Source: Lytechinus pictus (lineage: Eukaryota). From it: a DNA stretch of 64,000 bases. Positions 15,438-27,457 of this stretch are shown piece after piece. How positions within the stretch are numbered: position 1 is the stretch's first letter; every line of letters starts with the position of its first letter. Made by a program: the position numbers and the translations under genes. The notes below the pieces were generated by a model, which was not told the origin of the DNA, made no database searches, and was given only the letters and a program-made list of their open reading frames with translations. The DNA lies in contig NC_087251.1 in NCBI RefSeq assembly GCF_037042905.1, forward strand, positions 9,612,001-9,676,000. Direction: 5' to 3'.

Positions 15438-17065
15438 ATCAAAGACCTAGAAATATCAAAGTAATTGGAGCTTTTTTATCCTAAAGTTATACCATAGTCA
15501 CAGTCAGACACCTGTGCTTTTTGACCAAGCAAGATCAAGGAAAGATGTCAGATCTGACAACCTGTCAAACGGCACATGTTGATGAAACCATTTCCATATC
15601 TTAAAGCAAGTCCGTGACAAACATTAAATTCCACCCTGATGTCAAAAGGTGATAAATAGTTGCATATTTTCCTGAATTTTAATTTTCAACGTCAAAAGCT
15701 CTAATTTTTCATGTGATATGCCTATAGGATATTCCTCTATGCATTCGGACCATGGAGATGAAATGCAGATGTCCATGATCAGAAACATCAATTCATATGA
15801 AGAACACTATTAATTCATCTTAACATGAAAAGTATGGAAATCCTATGACATAATAGGGCGGCTGCTCGCATAATGACATTAGACAATAATTTTTTTTTTC
15901 AATACATAACTGTTCTTCTGGTTTTCATCAAATCTTCTATGTTTCTCTTATTCTTCTGCTTTGATTAAAATTAAATTGTAGGGTGAACTTTTCCCTCTTA
16001 AACACTTTATCCAAATTGGCCTCAATATTATTTTTTTCCATGTAGAACACCTCCACTTCATCAAGTCAATTTGTAAAAAAGATATTCACCTGTGTAATAA
16101 CGCTTTTTCTTCTCTCAACCTGAATCCCCAGTCTTTACTCTATACTATTTACTTTCCATATCCATATAAACTAGCTATATTTAATCTCCCTTCGTTACAC
16201 CTTTCTATTAAAAAAAACCTCTTCAAAACCATTGGTCTAACTTATATTCAGGTTGTCCTGATTTTACTATTATTCCAGCTTTGATCAGAGTGGAGAATAA
16301 ACCGGGAGAATAAATCATGAATAACGCATTTATCGGTGAAAGGCTTGAGCGTATTCTTTCATTTTCCGGTCAGCTGACAATATTCCATACAGTAACCACC
16401 ATCCATTTTATCCATTACTTCTGAAAACACAACCTCCTCCCTCTCCTCTATCGCACCTAATCACCCCCCTCCCCCTCTCTCTCTTCCTCTCTCTTTCTCT
16501 CTGTCTCTTTTTTTCCTCTCCCTCAATCCTTTTCCCCCTATCTCTCAATCCATCTCTTTCATTATTTCATTATTTTGCTATTTACGTCATACCGATATTT
16601 TATCCTCCTGATACCCTTTTCAGTGCATAATGAGCAAAGCGTGCGGAAAGAAGGTCTAAAAGTGTTTTAGAACTATTTTTCCCCCTATACGCCTCTCCCT
16701 TCTACTCCCCCTTACAAAATCGGTATATAAAAGAAGCAGAAAATTACGCCAGTACACGACGGAAAAATTAAGACAGCAGGAAAATAGGCCCTGAGCAACG
16801 AAGGAATAGCAAGAGTGCGGAAGCCGGTCTTCAAGAAATATGTCTTTCCCGTCGAGATGAAATCACGGTCGACCTATTTTCACACTTTGAAGCAGGCATG
16901 AGCCAGGAAGATTCCTTCCTAAGGGTATGAGGGAGAATTAGTGGGAGGGGTTCCACATTCCCAGGCAAGTGGGTCAGGGTGGAACAGCACTAGATGAAAA
17001 GATAACGGATGAACATGAAAGGTTTATGGACGTCATGAGAGATGTGCAGATTTCTAGGAATGAAG

Positions 17066-17224
17066 CAGGGGCCGCGGAACGGTTTTCAAAGTGGGGGGGG
17101 GGGGGCTGACCATGCAAAAAATCACAATCCTATTGTCATTTTTCCGTTTTTGTACACGGTTTTGGAAAAAAGTGGGGGGCTGAAGCCCACCCAGCCCCCC
17201 CCCCCCCCGCTTCCGCGGCCCCTG
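17066..17224. mobile_element. 159-bp MITE with 5-bp TSD (copy 1)
   Basis: TIR CAGGGGCCGCGGAA / TTCCGCGGCCCCTG; TSD TGAAG; second copy at 21378. Confidence 0.9.
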
Positions 17225-17644
17225 TGAAGAATGTAGATCTGTATCAGTTTATCATTGGAATCATAAAATAAAAGATCTGTCATTACCATACCTAGGACAT
17301 TTACAATCCGTTTAAAAAAAAGTGGATTTTATCATGCTAATGGAAAGAATATTGATATGACAATAATCGTAGAATGTTATAATTCTCAGACTAGTTTATC
17401 ATTTGTTTTCTAAACGTTGAAATACAGTCATGTATCTTCATCAACTCTGTGTCCCTGAATATTCCGTGCGTCACAGGAAATAAACTGGGCTATATCTCGA
17501 TAATTAATGAACATTTCAAGGAAATACATTGTTGAATAAAATAATAAATCATCGGAAAATTTAGAATGAAAATACGTCAGGAGAAAATGTTTGTCATTAA
17601 TGAATAATAGCTCAAGGAATTGACGAGATGAAGAGACACGTGAC

Positions 17645-19800
17645 CATAGGCGGATCCAGGGGGCCGAGGGGCCCGGCCCCCCCCCCCTAATGGCGGAGCA
17701 AACAAAAAGAAAAAAGGGGAAAGAAAGAAAAAAAAAAGAAAAAAAAGGGAAAAGAGAGGAGAAAAAAGAAGGGGAAACATAAGAGGAGGAAGACGAGTGA
17801 ATAAAATAAGATGAGGGGAAGACTTGGAAAATAATTTTAAAAATGTTTCATGTCACCATACAGTATACAATTTTCGCTTGCGCTTCGCGCTCGCATTGCC
17901 TTTTAGGTGATTTATATATCTTGCTCAATATGAAGCTTAAATATCAAATTTTGAAGTCAATTTACAAAACATATTTCATCTCGGAAATGAAATTTCATTA
18001 TTTTGTGTGATTTACAAATTGATTTTTAAAAAGTGCTCTGTAAAAATTTATGTTTTAACTTCTTAGTATAAACATTTTGTCAGGTACCTATTGTTTTCCT
18101 GTATTCCATAAAGTTCTCAAATATCCCTATTCAGGTCAATTTGTAAAAACGTAACAGCTAGCACTGCACGCTCGCATTTTGATTGGTGATTTGATATGTA
18201 TATCTCAATATTAATTATATAACAAACTACTTAAAATCCCCATTTCATGACAGTTTATCAAAAATTTCGGCTCGCGATTTGCGCTCGCATTGATTATTAA
18301 AAATATATTAACTCATGCATCTTATTCATAATTACAAAAGTGCTTTAAATGTCAAGTTTTCAGGCCATCAAATTAACAGATTTTGCGCTGTTATTAGGCT
18401 TATTAGATTAATAAATAAGATATTAATTTAATAATCAAATTGTCCCTTTTTCAGAATGGAATATCTCCCGCTTAGGAAGAGAAATACATGTAGAAAGATA
18501 GTCATCATTTTCATATGATGACATAATGTTCTTAGAATGTCCGTCCTATGTCAAAACTTAAAGTAATAATAATGAAACATATCAGATCTTTTTTAAACTG
18601 TGATTCATATCCACTTCACAATTTTTCTACAAAGTGCTTGAAATACAGAGCCTAAATTGACACCTTTTTTCAGATTGGAATATCAATTATTTTAAGCTCG
18701 CGCTTCGCGCTCGCTTTATTGATTTTCATGATGAAAAAAGGTATTTAGAATGCCCAGATTCTAGGTCGAAATCTGAAACACGCGCACGCATGTTTATTTT
18801 GATACGCAGCTTGTTTTCTATTTAAATCATTATGAGCCTATATATCCAGTTTCAGATCAGAATATCAAAAATTTTCTGCTCACGCTTTGCGCTCGCGTTA
18901 TTAATGTAGGAAGATACCAAATTATATCAAATTTTTTTCATGATTTACAAAACATGAAGAGAGTGTCCCGTTTTTAGGTTTGAAATCTCAATTTTTTTCC
19001 GCTCGGCTTCGTGCTCGCATCAATTATTTGGTTATATACTTATACCGTTCATGATTACAAAAAGTGCATAGAACGTTAATTTTTTAGGCCGGAATGTCAA
19101 AAAAAATTCTGCTCGCGCTTAGCGCTCGCATTTTTTAATCATTGAAATATGTATCGTCTTAATGGCTAACTGGAAAATGTTCTTAACAGGTCCCTTTTCG
19201 ACAAGGCCAGAACGTATTAAAAAAAATTCTGCTCGCGCTTCGCGCTCGCAGTAATTATCTATATAGTTACATACGCATCTTGTTCAGATTCACAAACATT
19301 GCCCAGAATGTTCAATTTTCAGAACAAAATACATTAAATTTCAAAATTGTTTACCTCTCACTTCACGCTCACACTATTCAAATAGGGCTTATGAAATTAT
19401 TCCACATTTATGTTGTTTATAAGAATAAAGCTAAGAAATTACTATTAGGACATGGGCGTTTTGCCCCCCCCCCCCCAAAAAAAAAAAAAAAAAAAAGAGA
19501 AAAGGAAAGGGATAAGGATGAAATACAATATTATTTTCCAAATATTATGTCAAAATCTATCAATAACTTGGATTTTTGTAATAAAATGTCAAAATTTTTG
19601 CTCGCTCGCTTCGCTCGCTCGTAACTTCTTATTAATTTTACGCAATACGCCATATCGAGACCCCCTCAAAATTTTTGGCTCATTAAGCCACTGGGAAAAC
19701 AAACAAACAAAAATCAATTTTGAGCGGCCGATCGGGGAAAATATGGGTGAAAATTTTTCGGCCCCCCCCCCCCTATTGGCGGAGGCTGGATCCGCCCCTG
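17645..19800. mobile_element. 2.2-kb non-autonomous TIR element, probable 6-bp TSD
   Basis: CATAGGCGGATCCAG / CTGGATCCGCCCCTG; flanks CGTGAC / CGTGAT; internal CTCGCGCTTCGCGCTCGC repeats. Confidence 0.85.
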
Positions 19801-21377
19801 CGTGATAGTGGGTATCTAAGAATGTGAAGCATTTCGTCCTTGTGTGTTCTTCATATCAGTGTATCAACGGAAGTGCAATTTCTTACAAGCTCAGAGCTAA
19901 GAGCAGGATCAGTAAGTGCAAAACCCCTTTCTCATATCATCGCGTTGAGTTAGAAATAACAAAAGAGCAAAAGCTTTAAAAATATATAGATCTAAAGATG
20001 TGCAACTTTCAAGAGAGGTGATGTGAATACATACAAGCAAGACAAGCAAAGGGAATCCATTACCATACAATATCAGGGAAAGGGATAGAAGGTCTTCCTG
20101 AAATCTATTATAGACTGGAGAACTGAATGTACTAGGTCTTGGTATTATTTAATCTTGGTCTTGTAAATATGATTGACAAACGCAGTTTCGCATCCATCCT
20201 TAATAATCATAATTATGAGGCCAAGTACGAGGAAAAAGCTGGGTCACGCTTGTAAAACCTACTTTCCCGATAATAATTGACAAAGCCATTCTTTCTATAT
20301 GGCCATTCCTAATGAGATTATATTTTCTCAAATGAATAATATGCATTTGTGGACATGGAAAAAAGCAATAACCAACAAGGAAGAGCCTTTATTTTGGTCA
20401 CCATGGAAACGGCATCAAAGTGGGTTTAAATCAACTTAATGACAGTTATTGGAGCAAGAGTGACGTGACTTTTTTTCTTTCTCTCGAAACAACTTCCTTC
20501 CTCTTTTAAGATGGAGAGGCAACAACGATTGAAGTGGTTGTGTTAACACTTTAAATTGTAACGCATAGTCTATATCACGAAGTTATGATCAGGTTTTCTT
20601 AGATATGACATCACATTCATACCATTAAGACATACATTGCGATTGCAATTTTCGAATATTGATTTGATTGTAAGTCATGAAGAAGTAATATATACGTAAG
20701 TTATTAGATTATTTCACCATAATCCAGTCATCTGCAAAAAAGGGGGTTTGTGTTAAGATATAAAAATATAATGACATGCAATCACACGTTAACTCTGATA
20801 TATGGATCAAGGACTTTTCGAAACAGCGATTTGGTTAAACAAGAAAGAAAAAATGAGGAAAAGAAACGAAATGAGATAATGCCAATTTCCCTATGGTTGA
20901 GTAATATAAAATGATGGTCTTGAAATCTTTAGGTATTTAGAGATGGAAACAAAATATTGACTACTAGGACTGGATGTAGGGTAAAGGTAAATCTGATCAT
21001 GTAAAAATGATTGACCGAGAAAAGGAAAGTCAGGGAGAAAAGGGGAGATAAAAATGGAGAGAGAGAGAGTGTGTAAATAGAGATGTGCATCGAGTTGGGG
21101 CATGTGAGTGAGTGTGTGTGAGTATACGTGCGTGTGTGTGTGAGTCTGTGAGAAAAAGATGTGTGTTTGGAGTGTGTAGGTGTGTGTTATAATGGAGATA
21201 ATTATGTGGGTTTTGGATGTGTGGGTGGGTGTATGTATGTTAGAAGAGAGATATGTGGGTGTTGGACGTGTTTTTGTGTCTGCCGGAATAGGGTGAGGGT
21301 GTGCACGTGTGAGAATTGAAATATGTGGGTTTGGGGCTGGTGTGATGGATAGACTTTTTGAGTTATGGGGTATGTGT

Positions 21378-21555
21378 CAGGGGCCGCGGAACGGTTTTCA
21401 AAGTGGGGGGCTGAGCCAAAAGTGGGGGGGGGGGCTGACCATGCTAAAAATCACAATCATATGGTCATTTTTACGTTTTTGTACACGGTTTTGGAAAAAA
21501 GTGGGGGGGGGGCTGAAGCCCCCCCCCCCCCAGCCCCCCGGTTCCGCGGCCCCTG
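21378..21555. mobile_element. 178-bp MITE with 5-bp TSD (copy 2)
   Basis: Same TIRs and body as 17066-17224; TSD TGTGT; inserted in a GT-rich tract. Confidence 0.9.
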
Positions 21556-21748
21556 TGTGTGGGTGTGAGTAGGTGCATGTATTTAGTTACGTGTGCATTT
21601 GGGTTTTTTGTGAAAAAAAATGAGATGTATAAACCAGCAGAATGAGAAATAATTACCAGAGATGACCCCATACTAAAAAAAAGTCAATGCATTTTAAAAG
21701 TTGTCATAATTAAAAGATGTTGCAGACACAATTCGATTACATTTCAGC

Positions 21749-22948
21749 TTTTCAAGTTTCAAGTTTATTTATTCAAAACCAAAAACATCACATCATAATC
21801 AAAATAGATACAATAAATACAACGTAAATGAGTACATAAACATACATCAATTAGATTATAGCATAGGGTTTTAGGACCCCTTTAAAAGCAAAGCTTGTGA
21901 GTAGGGTCCTGGAATATTAACATAAAACATAGGATATACTAATCTACAAGATACAAAAGGAGGGAGAAAAAATATATAATAAGGTTAAGATGCTAAAAAT
22001 AGAATGGAAAACTATTACAAACACACACATATACACACACCCACACACACAACCACATCCACCCACATATGCACATACAAAACATAAATTCTGAGTAGGT
22101 CATCTATATACTTAAATGCAAATACATCAACTTAAAATACATATTGAAGGAAAAAATAATCATAATCTGTCAAGAAAGAAAGTTTTCGATAATCTTTTGA
22201 ACATGAAAAGAGTTTTACTATTTTTTTTATATCAACAGGTAAATTGGTCAGAGTGACATTTGTACTCGCAAATGGCTGACGAAATAGATCCTTTTGACGT
22301 GTATTATAATTATGTATTTGTGAATTCTGAAGAAATATTTTTTTTAAGGTACATTCTTGAGGCATTGATTGTAGTTTGAACATGAACAATGCACAATTGA
22401 ACGACACAAGTTCACAAAGTGGTAGCATTTTCAGACGAAGAAATAACGGAGTACTTGAATGTCTATATTAGAATTTGTTATAAGTCGTATTGCCCTTTTC
22501 TGCAATACTCTCAATTTATCAAGATAAGACTTGAAAGTGTTTCCCCAGGCAACATTACAATATGTCAGATAAGGTAGAACAATACTATTGTATATTGTTA
22601 TCAGTATCATTTCAGGTACAATTGATTTAACCTATAAATAACACCTACACTGCGAGACACCTTTGTGCAGACAGCATCTAGATGATTTTTCCAGGATAGG
22701 TGCTCATCGATATATAACCCAAGAAACAAAATATTTGCACTTGGTTCAACATCATGACCCCCTATATGAAGACAGGTTTTACGCCCTGGAAGCTTTTTAC
22801 CCTTAGAGCGGAAAATTATGCACTTGGTTTTTTTAATACTCAACAATAGCTTATTGCAACAAAACCATGAATACAGCTTCTTAATTTCTTGATTTGCAAC
22901 CAGTAACAAATTTTCTACTGACTTATCAGTAAAAAAACGATTACTGAG
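21749..22948 (-). mobile_element. 5'-truncated, frameshifted LINE (CR1/L2/Crack-like), RT C-terminus and 3' end
   Basis: WFCCNKLLLSIKKTKCIIF...FLGLYIDEHLSWKNH...KVSRSVGVIYRL, then LYNSIVLPYLTYC and LQKRAIRLI in shifted frames; 3' end AATAAA followed by a CTTGAAA repeat tail. Confidence 0.85.
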
Positions 22949-24577
22949 CTATAGGCCCAAATTAGGTTTCATCTCTTTCATAACTAAAATAATAATTTCT
23001 TTTGACCTTGCAGTAGAACGCTGCCGTCGATGATCACGGATGATTGAACGTCCAATCCGTTGATGCATACGACAATGGGCAACGAGGGCGAAATAATCAT
23101 ATCCCTCGTGGCTATATAGACGTGCTAATAAAGGCAGGGTTAAGCCCATTTACATTACACTGACCTACATACATGTATACTGAACTATAAAACAGAAACA
23201 GGTCACAAAAACTGCAGATAGAAATTATTCTAACCGTGAAGTGTTTTGCTTGAAAGACCACATCTTTTTATGGATGGTAAGAATCCAATTACATACTTCA
23301 GGAATAAAAATCAGGCTAATCGTTAGAACAATATAAAGCAAAAGAAAACATGATAAACATTTCGTTTTGGATATCAGGCTACGGGTGGATACAAATATCA
23401 TCAGTGCATGGGCTGCATTTCGCTAGAGCGAATAGTTTAATCGTAAACCAAATATAAATTCTATTCATAGGGAATCTTTTGAGCAAACATTTTCCATGGA
23501 TTGTGTCAATATAAAAAAAAAAAACAGGTTATACTACTGTTACAGAAGAATTGTGAACGTGTGAAATGTACCTGAAAAGTATTGGATAATTAAAAATGAA
23601 TTGTTCAGAAGTCTATCTTTAGATAAATTTTAAAAGGTATTTTCATCTTCAGTAGATGTTAGATTAAGATATACATGCATAATGCTTTACAGATAATTTC
23701 TTTATATGGTTTTTATTCGCTCGGTAAACTAGAATTTTCATTCGACCATTTCTACCGAAAGGGATCCCAAACATGGCGTATTGGGCAACATAATCATCAG
23801 AAAAGGTTGCGAGATCGCAAAGTAAGCTAGCGAACTTTCTAAAATGAAAATGTTTGTGATAGATTTTAAAATAGCATTCAGAAAGATATTTTCTATTCTT
23901 TTCTTTTTCTTTGTCCAGTACCCCACAAGCGCCCCCTCCCAACTATTGAATGTAGGTAGAAATACACAGAGAGAAAACATACACATGGAGACATAGAGGG
24001 GGAGTGAACATTCTTCACAAAAATTGTCGGAAGTGTTTGTTTAGCGAATATCAAACAACAATTTAAATTGGATGAATGTATTCATGGCCTCAGAACCAAT
24101 TGCACCACGCCTCTTATATTCCAATATACTTATGCTGCGTTAATTTTATAGTCTTTCAACATAAGGGGGGGGGGGCATCAGCAAAATGTCATACCGGGGG
24201 AAGAAAAAAAGAAAAGCATATATTTCTTTTAATTCTAATTTTAATTTCATGGACCTACCGGATGTGCATTTAAGAAGAAATCGAAACTAAACTTTAAACA
24301 TTCCAACAAACCAACATGCATGTAAAGCAGTTATTTATAGATAAGCGAACAATGATTGAGCCCTAACTATTCACAGAAGTTTAAATTTACTGAAAATTGT
24401 ATACTTCCTGATAGAGCTCAATATGAAACAATGTTAACGTATTTAAGCATCGTCTCACATAATATTGAGTAAACCTCAATATTCACCCAAAAAAATTGAT
24501 TCAATGAACTTTGCTTTATATCTCTTTCTGGATTAGTATTTCATTCTCATATAATAACATATTAAGTTCTCCTTCAG

Positions 24578-24725
24578 TGGCCTGTTGCAGAAAGAGTTGC
24601 GTATATAAACGCCAAGTCAACATATCAAGCGCAAGTCCCGAATACGGGTGCTTCATTGGCTGAAAATCAAGTTGTGCAAGATTTTTTGAGTTGCGTTTGA
24701 TCGCAACTCTTTATGCAACGGGCCC
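24578..24725. mobile_element. PIF/Harbinger-like palindromic MITE
   Basis: TGGCCTGTTGCAGAAAGAGTTGCG / CGCAACTCTTTATGCAACGGGCCC, flanked by CAG and CTG. Confidence 0.7.
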
Positions 24726-25694
24726 CTGATGATATTAACCAGATGAGTGAAGTGATTGATTTTATTTTTATTTTTTTTCTAATCAGGCAAAACACTTTAA
24801 ATATATTAACATCCATGAATATCTAATTATCACATTACAACCAGTGTATACATGCGATTTAGGGGAATTCACAGATGATTCTGATATGATTATTTACATC
24901 TGAGACAAACCTGACAACATGAGAGTACTCTGATGAGAAAAAAAGGTTGAAGAAAGGGTCAGCTGGGTGTAACTGTTATTTAGTCATATACTGTATTAGA
25001 TTTTTTCCTGGTCATTTCATTCACTACACCATAGGACTAGTCATATTAGTTGCACCCAACTGACTACCAATCTAGTCATTTTAACTAGTTTGATTTAGAG
25101 CGTATTGTAATAAATGCCTTGCCCATGGGCATACATAATATAAAAATCAGGTATTGAATTCACCGTCTTACATGTATCTCGTCAAGTCTCCCATTCTACA
25201 GCTCCCAACCAAAATCAACTAACATAAGATGGAGCTATTGCATGGAAGCAGCCTATCAGAATAAAATCATCTAAAGCAAAATGGTAGGGCCCTCAATATC
25301 AAATACCCTCAGCTGGAGTCTTACTCAAACAGTTGCAGGTTCACAACTTAAAATGAAGCCTTATGTAGTCTCATATTATATAAAAATATGTCCACTTTAA
25401 TCTTCACATTAGTCATACCACACATTTTTTATACTTAAGAACATATCTGTCACAGATTGTCTCAAAACATTTCTTTCTTTCTAATAAAATCATGGTTTCC
25501 ATTGGAATTTATTCCAAACTGCAGAATAGATCTTCAACCGTTTAATCAAAGTCATCATATTGGCTGCCCTGGGTAAATAAGAGTTATTATCCAGACTACT
25601 CTCTAGAACATGAGTCTATCATAAACTCCCATTATGCAATTGATAACTTTGAAAACCAGTCCAAATAGAAGATTTGTTTCATATCTACAAAATG

Positions 25695-25747
25695 AAAAAA
25701 CAAACAACAACTCAGGTACAAAAATAATTCATAACAAGTCTTTTATT
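25695..25747 (-). terminator. Candidate distal poly(A) signal of NEK9
   Basis: Minus-strand AATAAA (25742-25747) followed ~30-50 nt later by a GT/T-rich tract (GAGTTGTTGTTTGTTTTTT). Confidence 0.35.
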
Positions 25748-27328
25748 TCACAAAATATATTGATAACATTATCAATGAGTGTATGTAGTTAAGACACTTT
25801 TCTATACCTGATACATCTGCATTGTACCCACTAGAAAGAGGATGAAATTTACATGAATGTAACAGTAAGTAGCTGTAAATATTTTCAGACATTCTTGGGA
25901 ATGTGAAGATTACAAAATTTTCTCTGAAATTACAGGGAAACAGGATTAAAGTCTGAAAGATTTGAAAAGAAAATATAAACACAACCTTACAGTGAGTAAA
26001 ACCACCTCACACTTTTAAAGTAACATGAATCAAAGGTACACAATGTATGGAGTTTCAAGAAAAAAATATGGGCAAAACTATTATATTCAAATGACATTTC
26101 TTTTTTTCACCACTTCATGAAATAATATTAAAAAGAAATCATTTAAAGACCCTGACTGAAGCAAAAAGTTGAATTATTAAATCATATACTAATCCAAAGC
26201 TTATAAGCTACAAAGCACAGCAATGCCATGTTAAAGTATTTTTACCATTTGCAAGATGAAAATTTTGCTTGGGAATATTAAAGTCAAATTAGCAGGCTCT
26301 AAAAAAAATTAGATTTAGTGCTGTTCTCCCCAGCCTGAAGTCTGTGACGTCATTTTGTGTTTTTGATTACGTATGTTTGTACAAAGAAAAAAAACTGGGT
26401 GAATTTTGGCTTTATGACTAAGAATTTGTTTTTCTTCACTATTATCACGTGTACACATCATGAATTAATTTTCCTGCATACTTGAATGGTGAAATTGACA
26501 TAACACCATCTGGAATATGTTAAATTGATCATCACTGTTATTGCCAAGTCAGCATATTGTATTCAAAATTTTCTCTGATACTTTTTAAATGGTTTAAATC
26601 TTTGTAAGGGTCTACAAAACTAATTTAAACATTCAATTTTTAATTGGTAAAACACACCCCTGGAGATTGATGCGCTTGCAACAAGACCTCATTCAATTGT
26701 TTTGAAAAGTATCTCTTCACCAAGAAAATAATACATTGATTGAAAGACAAAGACAATGTTATACAAACTTTTCAATCCTTTTTCAGTGAGCACTTTTCTC
26801 ACTGTAAGGAAGTCTTTCAATCTTAATTTAACCAAAGCAGTCACAACAATATCATACACATCAAGTCCAAGTGATTTTTTTTTAAAGTTGTTTAGTACAT
26901 AATACTTAATAAACCTAAAAGCTAAGAACTTCATCTGATCTAGTCTGCAAATAAACGAACAGAGTTCTTGGTCATGCAACATAAATAGATAAAATCAATA
27001 GTGTCAATTGAGTGAGAATTTAGTAATTGGTTTGCTATAGACTTTACTTACAATCAATTTCAAATTGATTGAAACATGTGAGAGGGTACTGCATGAGGAA
27101 ACACTGATTGTACACTTACACTCCATGTCCAAGACAAAAATATATGATCATACTTCTGATTTATGTAGGAATAAGTTCAGCAAGTCAGAGTGTAGCCAGA
27201 GTAAGACAACACACATTGAACATGGTACAGAGCTCAGTCAATATAAGACAATGGAAATGACTCGTTTGTATTTTCTATTCCAAAGCGACTTACTATAAAT
27301 GCTCTCAATTGCAGACATGGGTTACCTG

Positions 27329-27457
27329 GGGCCCGTAACACAAAGCTTAGCAATGATCGTAGAACATTTTTCTACGATTGATGCCATTGACTACAATGTA
27401 CAATCAATTGTGAAAATCAAGCATACGATTAATCGCTAACCTTTGTGTTACAGGACC
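27329..27457. mobile_element. PIF/Harbinger-like MITE
   Basis: GGGCCCGTAACACAAAG / CTTTGTGTTACAGGACC; CTG TSD; degraded relative at ~28735-28838. Confidence 0.75.

Noticed and set aside
16788..16930. Short plus-strand open frame ending at GTATGA as a possible exon
   Set aside because: No polypyrimidine acceptor, an in-frame stop just upstream, and no recognisable product.
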